Position numbers and translations under genes: made by a program
Origin: Candidatus Enterousia sp.
GTDB lineage: Bacteria > Pseudomonadota > Alphaproteobacteria > Rs-D84
Direction of reading: 5' to 3'
Assembly (NCBI GenBank): GCA_045546155.1
Contig: JAZQCG010000007.1
Location: forward strand, 21,749 to 85,748
DNA: 64,000 nt
The notes under the pieces: model-generated
The model's input: only the letters and a program-made list of their open reading frames with translations
The model's database searches: none
Told to the model about the DNA's origin: nothing
Shown: piece after piece, positions 40,444-48,999 of the stretch
How positions within the stretch are numbered: the stretch's first letter is position 1
How the letters are laid out: each line of letters begins with the position of its first letter

Positions 40444-42024
40444 ATGACAAACGTACAAACAAAATTTCCACAAAGATCCTCGATTAACAAGGCAGAAAAC
40501 AGCATTTCTGAAACACGCCGTCCAGATGGTTGGGTAATTCATGAAACATTTGCCCAAGATGGAATGATTGCAACACAGATTATAGAAACGGGCACAGGTT
40601 GCAAATGGTTAATTCAATATGATGCCAGTGGCCATATAACATTCAAAGAGCCATTAAATAATTTTAAGCAAGAAGACATAACCTATAATAATGGACGTGT
40701 TGCATCTATCAAGCGACGAATTGGTCAAAAAGATACAATTACGCAGTACGATGATAAGGGAAACATTGTCTGTAATATAGCGCTTGAAGCAGGCGACGTT
40801 GTTAATTTCAATAACGGTTATGTACAATCGCTAACGCGATATACAGGAAGCAGCTTGCTAGAAATCGAATTTGACGAGAAAGGCCGCAAACGTTCATCTG
40901 CACAAAAGGTTAGACGTGATGGATTTTGGCTAACAACAGAAACAAAACAGTATTATACAAATGGCAAATTGCAATCCCTGATAACGTATGAACAAAGAAC
41001 CGAGCATACCTCTGGTTTTTCCGTTACTACTGGTGGCGGTTTTAGTTCTGTTTTAAATGACGTAAACAGCGGGGTGTCTTATATTGCGTCCATAGCACAA
41101 TATGATGAAGATGGCAAAGTTGTTATCAGCGCACAATTAAAGGAAACGGATGAGGTTAACTTTAACGGTGACAAGGTTGCGTGCATCACCAGACGTGTGA
41201 AAAAAGGCGATACATTGGAAACTGTATCCCAAACAACATATTATTCGTCTGGGAATTTATGTACGATAACAAATTACCAAGATGGCAAGGTGTTATCTTC
41301 TGTGACTTATGATGAACAGGGCAAACCACAAAGCAGCGCCCAGCAAGGTACAGAAAATTACCAAGATATATACCAGGCCGCACGGCAAACAAACCAAAAT
41401 GCTCAGAATATAAAGTCGTTTGCAAAGGCTTCTATGATGCCACAACAGGCGGCTAGCATTTTGGGTGTATCTTTGGGTGCGACCGAACAAGAAGTAAAGA
41501 CAGCATATCGCAAGCTGTGCAAAATCTGGCATCCAGATAGAAACCAAGGCAACGAAGAAGTGGCAAAACGCAAAATGCAACAGATTAACGAAGCGTACAG
41601 TGTGATGTTGCAATACATCAGAAATCGTGGCCAGCAATCGCAGCCTGGTTCGTCACAGCAACCACGCCCAGAAGCGCCACGCCAACCGCGTCCAGAACAT
41701 GTCAATCGTATGCAGCAGGCATGGGATAAACTGCAACAGGCTATTCGTGATTATGACTATGCGGTGGCAAGATTAAAAGCTGCCACTGCGGAAAAAGAAA
41801 GAATCAGAAACGAATATGCCCGAACCCCCGCCAGTGATCCTAAGAAGCAAGCATTGGCGCAACAATTAAGAAAAGCAGAGATGACTTGGTCTGCCTGTGT
41901 TAGAAACAAAGTCACCGCCCAGGCGTATAAGGAAAGATGCGAACGTGAATATAACATGTTGCGTATGCAAAAATACACCAAAAATTGCCAGCAAAAATGT
42001 TTTGAATATCAACGTGCCGCATAG
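40444..42024 (+). CDS. J-domain protein with N-terminal MORN-variant/YwqK-like repeats
   Basis: The J domain is ILGVSLGATEQEVKTAYRKLCKIWHPDRNQG...INEAYSVM (HPD present). The N-terminal 300 aa contain duplicated YYxNGxL / YDxxGK repeats. A Q/P-rich segment and coiled-coil tail follow. Confidence 0.7.
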   Translation: MTNVQTKFPQRSSINKAENSISETRRPDGWVIHETFAQDGMIATQIIETGTGCKWLIQYDASGHITFKEPLNNFKQEDITYNNGRVASIKRRIGQKDTITQYDDKGNIVCNIALEAGDVVNFNNGYVQSLTRYTGSSLLEIEFDEKGRKRSSAQKVRRDGFWLTTETKQYYTNGKLQSLITYEQRTEHTSGFSVTTGGGFSSVLNDVNSGVSYIASIAQYDEDGKVVISAQLKETDEVNFNGDKVACITRRVKKGDTLETVSQTTYYSSGNLCTITNYQDGKVLSSVTYDEQGKPQSSAQQGTENYQDIYQAARQTNQNAQNIKSFAKASMMPQQAASILGVSLGATEQEVKTAYRKLCKIWHPDRNQGNEEVAKRKMQQINEAYSVMLQYIRNRGQQSQPGSSQQPRPEAPRQPRPEHVNRMQQAWDKLQQAIRDYDYAVARLKAATAEKERIRNEYARTPASDPKKQALAQQLRKAEMTWSACVRNKVTAQAYKERCEREYNMLRMQKYTKNCQQKCFEYQRAA

Positions 42025-42095
42025 TGCAGGGCAAACAAAAATAAAGACCACCAAACGGTGGTCTTTTTAGGATCTAAAGCTGCATGCGTAAAACC

Positions 42096-42911
42096 TTATA
42101 CTGTTTTTTTAGATATGGGTAATTTTTCGGGCATTGGTGCGCCTGATACCTCGTTAGCATAGCAGTTAGGAAGATGTCCAATATCGATTGCTTGATAACC
42201 CATTGTGCATAAGTCGTATGCAATTACCGTTGCTGCCGGTCCACATGCAATCAAAAATAAACAATCTTTTGAATATTTTTTTGCCTGATCCATTATTTCA
42301 TCATATTGTTCAAAAGCGTCGCTGGCATTGACATCAATATAATAATGTTCTTTGATGTTTGAAAACAACTCAGGTGTAATTTCAAATCTGCCCGCAGATG
42401 AATAGATAAAAACGACTGATTTGTTGTTCCATATTTTGCGATATTCGTCAATTCCACTAACCAGAAAATCATTGTTTCTGGATATATTCGCATTTGCATA
42501 CGTGGATTTTATTTTCATCATAGACAATATACGTGGATAGCGTGTAAAGTATTCACGGAAGAATCCTGGTTTTGTTGGGCGTGGTGGAATTCCGACCAAG
42601 CATTTGCCATTTGGATTGTTTAATATTTCGCGCATACGGTGTTTAAGCATGGGTGAATTTTTTTGATAACAAATTGACTTTTTCCCAAGGGCTAAATTAA
42701 ATTCTCCATCGCCTAATCTGGCCAAAGATGCACCTTTTTGTAATAATTTAATTGTATCGGCAACGGATAACACGTTTGGGTATGGAAAACTTTTGGAATA
42801 TAAAAGTTTTTGCCGAACCGCGCGCCGTTGTGCACTGGTCACGCAGAACAAAGAACAAAACAAGGATATTGGTTTCCAGAAATATTTTAAGAGCAATATT
42901 TGAATATGCAT
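42096..42911 (-). CDS. GT-D fold (DUF1792) glycosyltransferase
   Basis: SLARLGDGEFNLALGK matches the RxGDGE signature of DUF1792. Confidence 0.6.
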   Translation of the reverse strand: MHIQILLLKYFWKPISLFCSLFCVTSAQRRAVRQKLLYSKSFPYPNVLSVADTIKLLQKGASLARLGDGEFNLALGKKSICYQKNSPMLKHRMREILNNPNGKCLVGIPPRPTKPGFFREYFTRYPRILSMMKIKSTYANANISRNNDFLVSGIDEYRKIWNNKSVVFIYSSAGRFEITPELFSNIKEHYYIDVNASDAFEQYDEIMDQAKKYSKDCLFLIACGPAATVIAYDLCTMGYQAIDIGHLPNCYANEVSGAPMPEKLPISKKTV

Positions 42912-42926
42912 ATTATGACCTCTGCA

Positions 42927-43835
42927 TTAATAGTTGTTTATAACAGCATTGTAATATTTACGATATGTCTGAAATGTTAAAAATCTTTTTATGTCTGATT
43001 TCCATGGTTTTACTACGCCGGCATAATGTAGCATCACAGGATGTTTTATGTCGCGATACGTGGTTATTGTCATCGTCTTTAAAAAGCTGTATCCGCCATC
43101 AACAATGATATTAAATTTACGTGACATAGGTTTTATACGATTGCGACATATTGTGTTCAACATATCTTGATCAGGAAAATTGGCTTGATTATTTTCTGCC
43201 CAATGTATCATTTGCGGATACTTGTTTTCTAAACGAAATTGTTCGATATTCATTACTAAAAATCCGCTGTTGATATATGTTTCGCTGTCAAAGCATCCTG
43301 CTAATAAATTATTGCCAATGTTAAATTCGTTGGCTTCACGCAAATCACGAACAAACAACGTGTCGACATCAGCATAAATAATACGTTTTACATTATTGGG
43401 TAACAGTTTTGGCAACATGCACCGCCACCATATAGCTTTTGACCATCGGCCACAATGTGCATTATCATAATCTGTATTTGGCTTTAAAAATATTATATTC
43501 CCATTAGAATAATGTTTCTTTATATACTTTAATATTTTAGTCTGTTCAGATTTATTTATATCTGTGACACAATAAACATCATACTTGCATCCTGGTGAAT
43601 TTTGAAGCAGCGAAGAAACAGCCGTCAAAAACAGTGGAATATAGGCTTTATTAAAACAAAAGGCTATATTTATCACAGGGCTATAAATTGTATTATCTGG
43701 TGTCATATTAAATTTTGGAAAGGTTGCCCACGAGACAAAGTTTTTTTTGGCCACTTTTGATGGGATAAAAATATCAACAATATGTAATAGTAATCGTTTA
43801 ATTGTTTTAAAATATATTACTGATAACTTTTCCAT
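42927..43835 (-). CDS. family 8 glycosyltransferase
   Basis: IYADVDTLF, INSGFLVMN, DQDMLN and LHYAGVVKPW motifs. Confidence 0.8.
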   Translation of the reverse strand: MEKLSVIYFKTIKRLLLHIVDIFIPSKVAKKNFVSWATFPKFNMTPDNTIYSPVINIAFCFNKAYIPLFLTAVSSLLQNSPGCKYDVYCVTDINKSEQTKILKYIKKHYSNGNIIFLKPNTDYDNAHCGRWSKAIWWRCMLPKLLPNNVKRIIYADVDTLFVRDLREANEFNIGNNLLAGCFDSETYINSGFLVMNIEQFRLENKYPQMIHWAENNQANFPDQDMLNTICRNRIKPMSRKFNIIVDGGYSFLKTMTITTYRDIKHPVMLHYAGVVKPWKSDIKRFLTFQTYRKYYNAVINNY

Positions 43836-43854
43836 AACGAATCCCTGGGTTAAA

Positions 43855-43885
43855 AAAAGACCACCAGTAAAAATGAGTGGCCAGG
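43855..43885 (-). terminator. intrinsic terminator (minus strand) just upstream of the GT8 start
   Basis: Minus strand: GGCCAC-12 nt-GTGGTC followed by T7. Confidence 0.5.
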
Positions 43886-44362
43886 GAGTTGATAAATCAG
43901 TATGTTAGTGATTCCGTTGCTTTTAGGTTACCCCTATTTTATAACAAACGGCCCCCCGACCAAACGATCAGGGATGCTATCGGTGTAAAAGCACCGAAAC
44001 ATCAATCTAACGATGCTTTCGCACCGAACATACTGGGTTTATCACAACCCAAGCCGGCCTTACCGGTTCATTTGAATATTATAATGAAGTAGGAATAAAA
44101 TCAAGTATACATTATTTGCCCCGACATCAGCGAAAATGGACGGTGTCTCCATCTTCGCGCCTTTGACGACCAATAACCAAACCTAGACGCAAAAACTCTA
44201 TTAACCATATCTGTTTTGCAGGTTTGCTAATTGTTCGTCCGCGTATTCGCCATGCGTGCCTGTGGGCGTTGCCCACAAAAACTGCGTTTTCTGCCGGCAC
44301 TCTGGCGCATCCGGTTGGGGTGCTTTTACAAAAATAAAAACCGACCCAAAAGGTCGGTTTTG

Positions 44363-44384
44363 AATTTTGGCAGCCCCAACTGGA
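44363..44384 (-). repeat. copy A of the tRNA-Glu 3' end (att-like), with a terminator copy
   Basis: aattttggcagccccaac(t)gga matches 47589-47610 with one mismatch. The adjacent hairpin aaaaccgacc..ggtcggtt is also duplicated. Confidence 0.8.
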
Positions 44385-44482
44385 CGACTTTCGAACTTTA
44401 CTGCTGCGCGACTATGACGAAATAGTCAGAAATATCAACGAACTTTCAGAATGGATTGAAAATAACAAGTGATAAGTCTTGC

Positions 44483-44836
44483 TTAGCTATATATCAGTAA
44501 GTGCAGCAAACTCATAAATATTTCCATCGCAACAGGGGCAAACAGATATGCCAGTGCAACAAAGTACTTTTTCATGAGGGCTTTATATATCCCAAAACAC
44601 ACAAATACCAATTGTGCAATTGTATATATTACCAACAAGACCACATAATATATAGTGCGTATTTCTAAGCCCATAAATTCGATATATTTACAACATTCAC
44701 CATCTAGTATATATGGGTATGGTGCCATAGTAAAAACATATCGTAATTCAGAGATTGGAACCAGTATTGCTATAAAAGATAAACATAATAGCAATACCTG
44801 TCCCCAAATACATAAAATTGATTTAGCTGTTTTCAT
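44483..44836 (-). CDS. 3-TM membrane protein, immunity candidate (paralog 1)
   Basis: Its ATG overlaps the TGA of the orphan toxin tip (TGATG). Architecture is TM, Cys loop (DGECCKY), TM, KKY, TM. Confidence 0.55.
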   Translation of the reverse strand: MKTAKSILCIWGQVLLLCLSFIAILVPISELRYVFTMAPYPYILDGECCKYIEFMGLEIRTIYYVVLLVIYTIAQLVFVCFGIYKALMKKYFVALAYLFAPVAMEIFMSLLHLLIYS

Positions 44837-44988
44837 CAATGGTATTTTACATTGACAATTAAATCACGTCCATTCTTTTCAAACCATTGTGTAAATTCAT
44901 CAATATGATGTGTTAAATCGATACAGCCTGCCGAACATGGAACCCAGCCGCCATGAATACTAAAATCATCACAACCGTATGTTTGGGT
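44836..44988 (-). pseudogene. orphan C-terminal toxin tip (Tlde1/DUF2778-like), no start codon
   Basis: Translates to TQTYGCDDFSIHGGWVPCSAGCIDLTHHIDEFTQWFEKNGRDLIVNVKYH, roughly half identical to the last 50 aa of the 46112..47233 product. It begins right after an in-frame TAA. Confidence 0.7.
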
Positions 44989-45002
44989 TTATTTTTGAAC
45001 AA

Positions 45003-45356
45003 CTAAAATTTTGCATAATGATATAACAAGGTACCAAGCAAAGAATCCGTCCAAGATATTATAATCGGACTTAACACAAGCCAGAAAGACACTTTATAGT
45101 TTTTCTTATACAAAAAATACAATGATACTGGAATAAAAAACAACAGCGTGGCACAAGAAGATACCAGATTTGTTAAATATACATCTGCACTACGCCATGC
45201 CCAGCCCATAGATTCACCGCCCCATGGACAATAATTAAACGGAAACGCATCACGACATTCTTTGATAAAAAATTCATAATAATCAGTAAGCAGTCCATAT
45301 AAAAGCAATATATTTATACCAAGACAAATTATCGTGCCACGTTTCCATTTTTGCAT
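45003..45356 (-). CDS. 3-TM membrane protein, immunity candidate (paralog 2)
   Basis: The internal ATG at 45356 gives a 117-aa protein with the same architecture as the other paralogs. The longer ORF would overlap paralog 3. Confidence 0.45.
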   Translation of the reverse strand: MQKWKRGTIICLGINILLLYGLLTDYYEFFIKECRDAFPFNYCPWGGESMGWAWRSADVYLTNLVSSCATLLFFIPVSLYFLYKKNYKVSFWLVLSPIIISWTDSLLGTLLYHYAKF

Positions 45357-45415
45357 ACATAACCCTTTTGCTAGTATTTTACATGTACAATCAGGTCGTT
45401 TCCAGTAATTATCAC

Positions 45416-45751
45416 CTATACCAAACCCAATATTAAATAATACAGTATGTTGCATATTGGGTATATCAATAATCCCAGCAATGGGATAAAAAATATTTTC
45501 TTTTTGTAAATTGGTGCAAGAATGTATCCCAACCACATTAGCAGACCCAAAATTATGAAAATGCACAACAAGTCATAGCGCGCCATGCAGACATCTGCCT
45601 TATGACCATCTAGATGCATGCATACATTCCACCATATATCTTCGTTTTTTGCAATTCGCCCGAAATAAGCCAAATCACTTAAAAAGAAGAAAAACAATCC
45701 CGCCAGGAATACGGAAATATAATAAAACAAAGAGTATTTTTTTTGTTCCAT
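45416..45751 (-). CDS. 3-TM membrane protein, immunity candidate (paralog 3)
   Basis: 111 aa: TM, loop with two Cys (NVCMHLDGHKADVCM), TM, YKKK, TM. Confidence 0.5.
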   Translation of the reverse strand: MEQKKYSLFYYISVFLAGLFFFFLSDLAYFGRIAKNEDIWWNVCMHLDGHKADVCMARYDLLCIFIILGLLMWLGYILAPIYKKKIFFIPLLGLLIYPICNILYYLILGLV

Positions 45752-45773
45752 GCCAAGCCTTATTTCTTTATGA

Positions 45774-46091
45774 TTAAATCATATAATTTATAGCTGCAAC
45801 AACAGCGGATAAAACGATATAACTTATAATCGCAACAATAAAAGCCAATAACAAAATACAACCCCATTTCCACTTATATGGTTTCCATGATAAACACATT
45901 AAAAACAGACCAAGCAAAAAGGTTGCGCTTATAATTGTAATATCAACATAACGCAGGCAGTGATATTCGCACAAACCGTAAAATAAAGTGTCCCATTTTG
46001 AAGAAGCCAACATGTTTGAATCAAAATAGAATACAAACATGATGACAAACGAAACGAATGCATATGTTGCTAATGTTTTTGTATTTTGCAT
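45774..46091 (-). CDS. 3-TM membrane protein, cognate immunity candidate (paralog 4)
   Basis: 105 aa, starting 20 nt after the toxin stop. TM, Cys loop (GLCEYHCLRY), TM, KPYKWKW, TM. Confidence 0.55.
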   Translation of the reverse strand: MQNTKTLATYAFVSFVIMFVFYFDSNMLASSKWDTLFYGLCEYHCLRYVDITIISATFLLGLFLMCLSWKPYKWKWGCILLLAFIVAIISYIVLSAVVAAINYMI

Positions 46092-46111
46092 ATCAGGACA
46101 CTTTTTTATAT

Positions 46112-47233
46112 CTAATACTCCACCTTGATAATTAAATCATTCCCTATATAATCAAATAACGCAACAAAATTGTCAATATTTGATGTTAAGTCGATACATC
46201 CAGCCGAGCCAGGAACCCAACCGCCGTGAATATAAAATCCACCTCTACCATAAGTATTTGTCTGTTGCGATGATTCTAGTTTTACCCTTGATGCACCCCA
46301 TGAGTATAAGCTTCCGGGCCACGTTCCTGCATTAGCAATACCTGCAATTATCCCGTATGGTGTTATATACTGCAATTTTTCCTGCCTTGCAACGTATGTG
46401 CCTTCGGGGATTGGTCCTGTGTCTTTCAGGTTTTGGTATTCGGGGCTTCTGTATCCATCTTTGCCCGATACTGCATCCCACGACATAATTGGTTTGTCAT
46501 TTTCATACAGCGTAAATTTCTTGCCGTCAAATACCGCATATTGCCCCGGCTTTACATTCACCGGTTTTTCAAAGGTTGGTTTATTTATTTCATTGTCGGG
46601 TTGTGATTCTGATTTCTTTTCTGGCTTTTGGCCTTTATAAACCTTGCTGCCTATTTTCTTGCCAGCCTCATTCAGCGTTGTTTCTTCAACCCAACAGCGA
46701 CAGTTTGGATGAACGGGACAAACTGGTATATCTTCTTTGGTTTCATAGACCGTCCCATCGTTCCCCGAACATTCATCGCATGTATTTTCGCCATGTTCGC
46801 TGTGCCATATCCATATCTTGGGCTTTATTTCAAACTCTGGAATATTCAAAGCATAAGTTTCCAGACTTCGTTTTGAAACATGACCACCCGGCATTAAAAC
46901 TTTGACCGGTATCGGCGTGCCAGGAACAACATATTCTTCGATATTAAATTCAAAACCAATTGTTTCAAAATAATCGCCGTATGTGTCCAGGACATCTGCT
47001 TCTGCCTCGCTTTTATCAGACTCGAACTCCGTTTCTATTTCATGCTGGGCTTTGTAGAACTGTTCCAATGTCATATCATATTCTGGGCGCATCATACGAC
47101 CTGTGGCATCAAACGCCACTGTTCCGGGATACAGGATGTTCATGTACCTTGTTGCACGTTTATAAGTTTCGCTGTTTTTATCACCGTATTCGGGCGATGA
47201 AATCAGTTCTTGTAAAAATTTTGGTGTTTGCAT
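46112..47233 (-). CDS. MuF/SPP1-gp7-domain polymorphic toxin with Tlde1 (DUF2778, L,D-transpeptidase-fold)-like C-terminal domain
   Basis: ATG at 47233 after GGGGGA. The MuF signature is IWIWHSEHGENTCDECSGNDGTVY..PVCPVHPNCRCW. The C-terminus has SGKDGYRSPEYQNLKDTGPIPEGTY...GGFYIHGGWVPGSAGCIDL. Confidence 0.7.
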   Translation of the reverse strand: MQTPKFLQELISSPEYGDKNSETYKRATRYMNILYPGTVAFDATGRMMRPEYDMTLEQFYKAQHEIETEFESDKSEAEADVLDTYGDYFETIGFEFNIEEYVVPGTPIPVKVLMPGGHVSKRSLETYALNIPEFEIKPKIWIWHSEHGENTCDECSGNDGTVYETKEDIPVCPVHPNCRCWVEETTLNEAGKKIGSKVYKGQKPEKKSESQPDNEINKPTFEKPVNVKPGQYAVFDGKKFTLYENDKPIMSWDAVSGKDGYRSPEYQNLKDTGPIPEGTYVARQEKLQYITPYGIIAGIANAGTWPGSLYSWGASRVKLESSQQTNTYGRGGFYIHGGWVPGSAGCIDLTSNIDNFVALFDYIGNDLIIKVEY

Positions 47234-47246
47234 AATTTTCCCCCAT

Positions 47247-47318
47247 AAAAAACACCCGCGGTTGCGGGCAATAAAAAAAGACGACCTGTGTCGTCCGCTG
47301 AGTGCAAACATTATACCA
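47247..47318 (-). promoter_or_regulatory. extended -10 promoter followed by two tandem intrinsic terminators in the leader
   Basis: Minus strand: TGG-TATAAT (47310-47318), GACGAC-ACAG-GTCGTC plus T7 (47273-47295), CCCGC-AACC-GCGGG plus TGT6 (47247-47268), then the RBS. Confidence 0.6.
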
Positions 47319-47410
47319 TAAAACACGCAAAAAATCAATTCTATATTTCGAACCGCCCGAGCCCCTTGGATTTTTAATAAAAAATCCGTCCAAACGGACG
47401 GAAAATCAGA

Positions 47411-47431
47411 TTTGGCAGCCCCAACCGGATT
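47411..47431 (-). repeat. copy B of the tRNA-Glu 3' end (att-like)
   Basis: tttggcagccccaaccggatt is identical to 47592-47612. On the minus strand it is followed by its own hairpin plus T-run (TCCGTCCGTTTGGACGGA TTTTTT). Confidence 0.8.
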
Positions 47432-47593
47432 GTCTGATTCCCATGTTCGTTTTCACTCCATGGGCCCCTTTCGCTACGTAAGGCTCAAACTTCGTTGGCA
47501 CTTGTTTTCGCCAACTGACGCTCCGAACCTGCGGCTCTCATCTCGGTGGAAACGGGCAAAATTAAAACCGACCACAAGGGTCGGTTGTAATTT

Positions 47594-47669
47594 TGGCAGC
47601 CCCAACCGGATTCGAACCGGTGTTCTCGCCTTGAAAGGGCGGTGTCCTAGGCCTCTAGACGATGGGGCC
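47594..47669 (-). tRNA. tRNA-Glu (anticodon TTC)
   Basis: 76 nt: GGCCCCATCGTCTAGAGGCCTAGGACACCGCCCTTTCAAGGCGAGAACACCGGTTCGAATCCGGTTGGGGCTGCCA. Very close in layout to the E. coli tRNA-Glu. Confidence 0.9.
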
Positions 47670-47733
47670 AAAACTGCCGTGTTCATATGAACGCCGGCAA
47701 ATTATACATGTATTTTTGCCCCATGTCAAGTTT

Positions 47734-48168
47734 TTATTCCGCCGCTGCGTCGCCCTGGGGGTTATTTGTTGCCAATGGGTCTGTTTCAACCATTGTAAAT
47801 ACTATTTCTGTGCCGTCGCCCGATGCTAATACCAGTGTCCCATCGCGTAATTCGTATGTTTCGACCGTTGGCATAAATTGAAAATATTCTGTTTCTGCTG
47901 CCATCGCGTTTGGCTCGCCCATCATCATTGTTGATGCGAATCCGTCAAATTTAATGTTGTTGCCATCGGCGGTATATGCGCCGTTATAAAGGTTTACAAC
48001 CTTGCCGTTAACGCGCATTTCATCTGGCGCAAAAGACAATACGATTGTGGCATCTGGCTGATTTGCGACAAAGTGCTTGCCTTTTAGTGTGTCTGGATTT
48101 TGTGTGTTCATGTCGCATGCTGTCAAAGCCATTGCGCATGCCGCTGCGGCTAATAATCTGAATTTCAT
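47734..48168 (-). CDS. META-domain (HslJ-like) lipoprotein
   Basis: Lipobox ALTACD, and NLYNGAYTADGNNIKFDGFASTMMMG...ETEYFQ is the META-domain pattern. Confidence 0.7.
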   Translation of the reverse strand: MKFRLLAAAACAMALTACDMNTQNPDTLKGKHFVANQPDATIVLSFAPDEMRVNGKVVNLYNGAYTADGNNIKFDGFASTMMMGEPNAMAAETEYFQFMPTVETYELRDGTLVLASGDGTEIVFTMVETDPLATNNPQGDAAAE

Positions 48169-48282
48169 ATAGTTTCTCCTTTTTTTGCGTGCCGATTTTT
48201 ATTATATTTTATCATGGTTGTATTTGTAAATATTATTTTATTCCAAGAAAATCGGCCCCCTGTAAAGGGGCCGAACGTATTT

Positions 48283-48831
48283 TTAGTAATTTGTCACACG
48301 CTTTTTTCCAGTAGTAATTTCTTGGGCACGAACATTTGCTTCTGTAATCAGGGCTTGTTTGATAAATTTACCCCACAGACACCATCCAATCATCAGTGTG
48401 ACTGTGCACATAATGACAAATGTAGATGACATTAACAAAGAAGTCATATAATACTCAATTTCGTAACCGCTTCCCAATATCGCTTCGTGTCGATATTCAT
48501 CGGCGAGTGCAAACAATATTCCGGATAAAAACGCATACATCAGTGTATAGGCCAGTGTCCACTTCAAACGTTTCTTATACATAGTAAGCCAATGAACGGG
48601 TTTAGAGCCAGGGTGATATTTTGCGATTTGTGATACAAAAATAAACAGGGATATTATATAAATTAAAATTCCTCGCCATTCAAAAGCTAGGATCTCACCT
48701 GTGCTTACTTCTGCCAATATCTTTGCAAGAAAGTAAAGCCATGGAATTAATGTTATGATAATTGTAGTTCTAATAGCTCTTGCTTTAAAAGACAAATTAA
48801 ATGTAGTTGGTTGTGTTGTTTTATTGTCCAT
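48283..48831 (-). CDS. hypothetical 4-5 TM membrane protein
   Basis: 182 aa and hydrophobic. The terminator CGGCCCC..GGGGCCG lies downstream. Confidence 0.5.
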   Translation of the reverse strand: MDNKTTQPTTFNLSFKARAIRTTIIITLIPWLYFLAKILAEVSTGEILAFEWRGILIYIISLFIFVSQIAKYHPGSKPVHWLTMYKKRLKWTLAYTLMYAFLSGILFALADEYRHEAILGSGYEIEYYMTSLLMSSTFVIMCTVTLMIGWCLWGKFIKQALITEANVRAQEITTGKKRVTNY

Positions 48832-48922
48832 AAATTTCTCCTTTTTACCTGGATATGGGCATTGTAGGCAAAAGATATAGCGAAAAACAAAAAAAACACC
48901 GTCAAATGACGGTGCGAATAGC

Positions 48923-48999
48923 TGGCGGGATTGACGGGGCTCGAACCCGCGACCTTCTGCGTGACAGGCAGACGCTCTAACCAGCTGAGCTACAACCCC
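48923..48999 (-). tRNA. tRNA-Asp (anticodon GTC)
   Basis: 77 nt: GGGGTTGTAGCTCAGCTGGTTAGAGCGTCTGCCTGTCACGCAGAAGGTCGCGGGTTCGAGCCCCGTCAATCCCGCCA. Confidence 0.9.

Noticed and set aside
44385-44440. Copy A region as a second tRNA or tRNA-like domain
   Set aside because: Beyond the shared 22 nt, no T-stem pairing or anticodon arm can be drawn. On the minus strand the adjoining sequence reads as the tail of a decayed ORF (..KFVDISDYFVIVAQQ-stop).
43836-44480. tmRNA (including permuted two-piece form), RNase P RNA or SRP RNA in the large intergenic region next to the tRNA-like repeats
   Set aside because: I found no T-arm (GGTTCGA-type) with a proper stem and no GAGGAAAGTCC or ACAGAA RNase P blocks. 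I also found no GGAAGCAGCC SRP motif and no plausible tag ORF ending in a hydrophobic AA-stop. The tRNA-like pieces are only 16-22-nt copies of the tRNA-Glu 3' end.
45003-45566. 187-aa version of immunity paralog 2
   Set aside because: It overlaps paralog 3 by 150 nt in another frame. The internal ATG at 45356 yields a 117-aa protein with the same three-TM architecture and size as its three paralogs.
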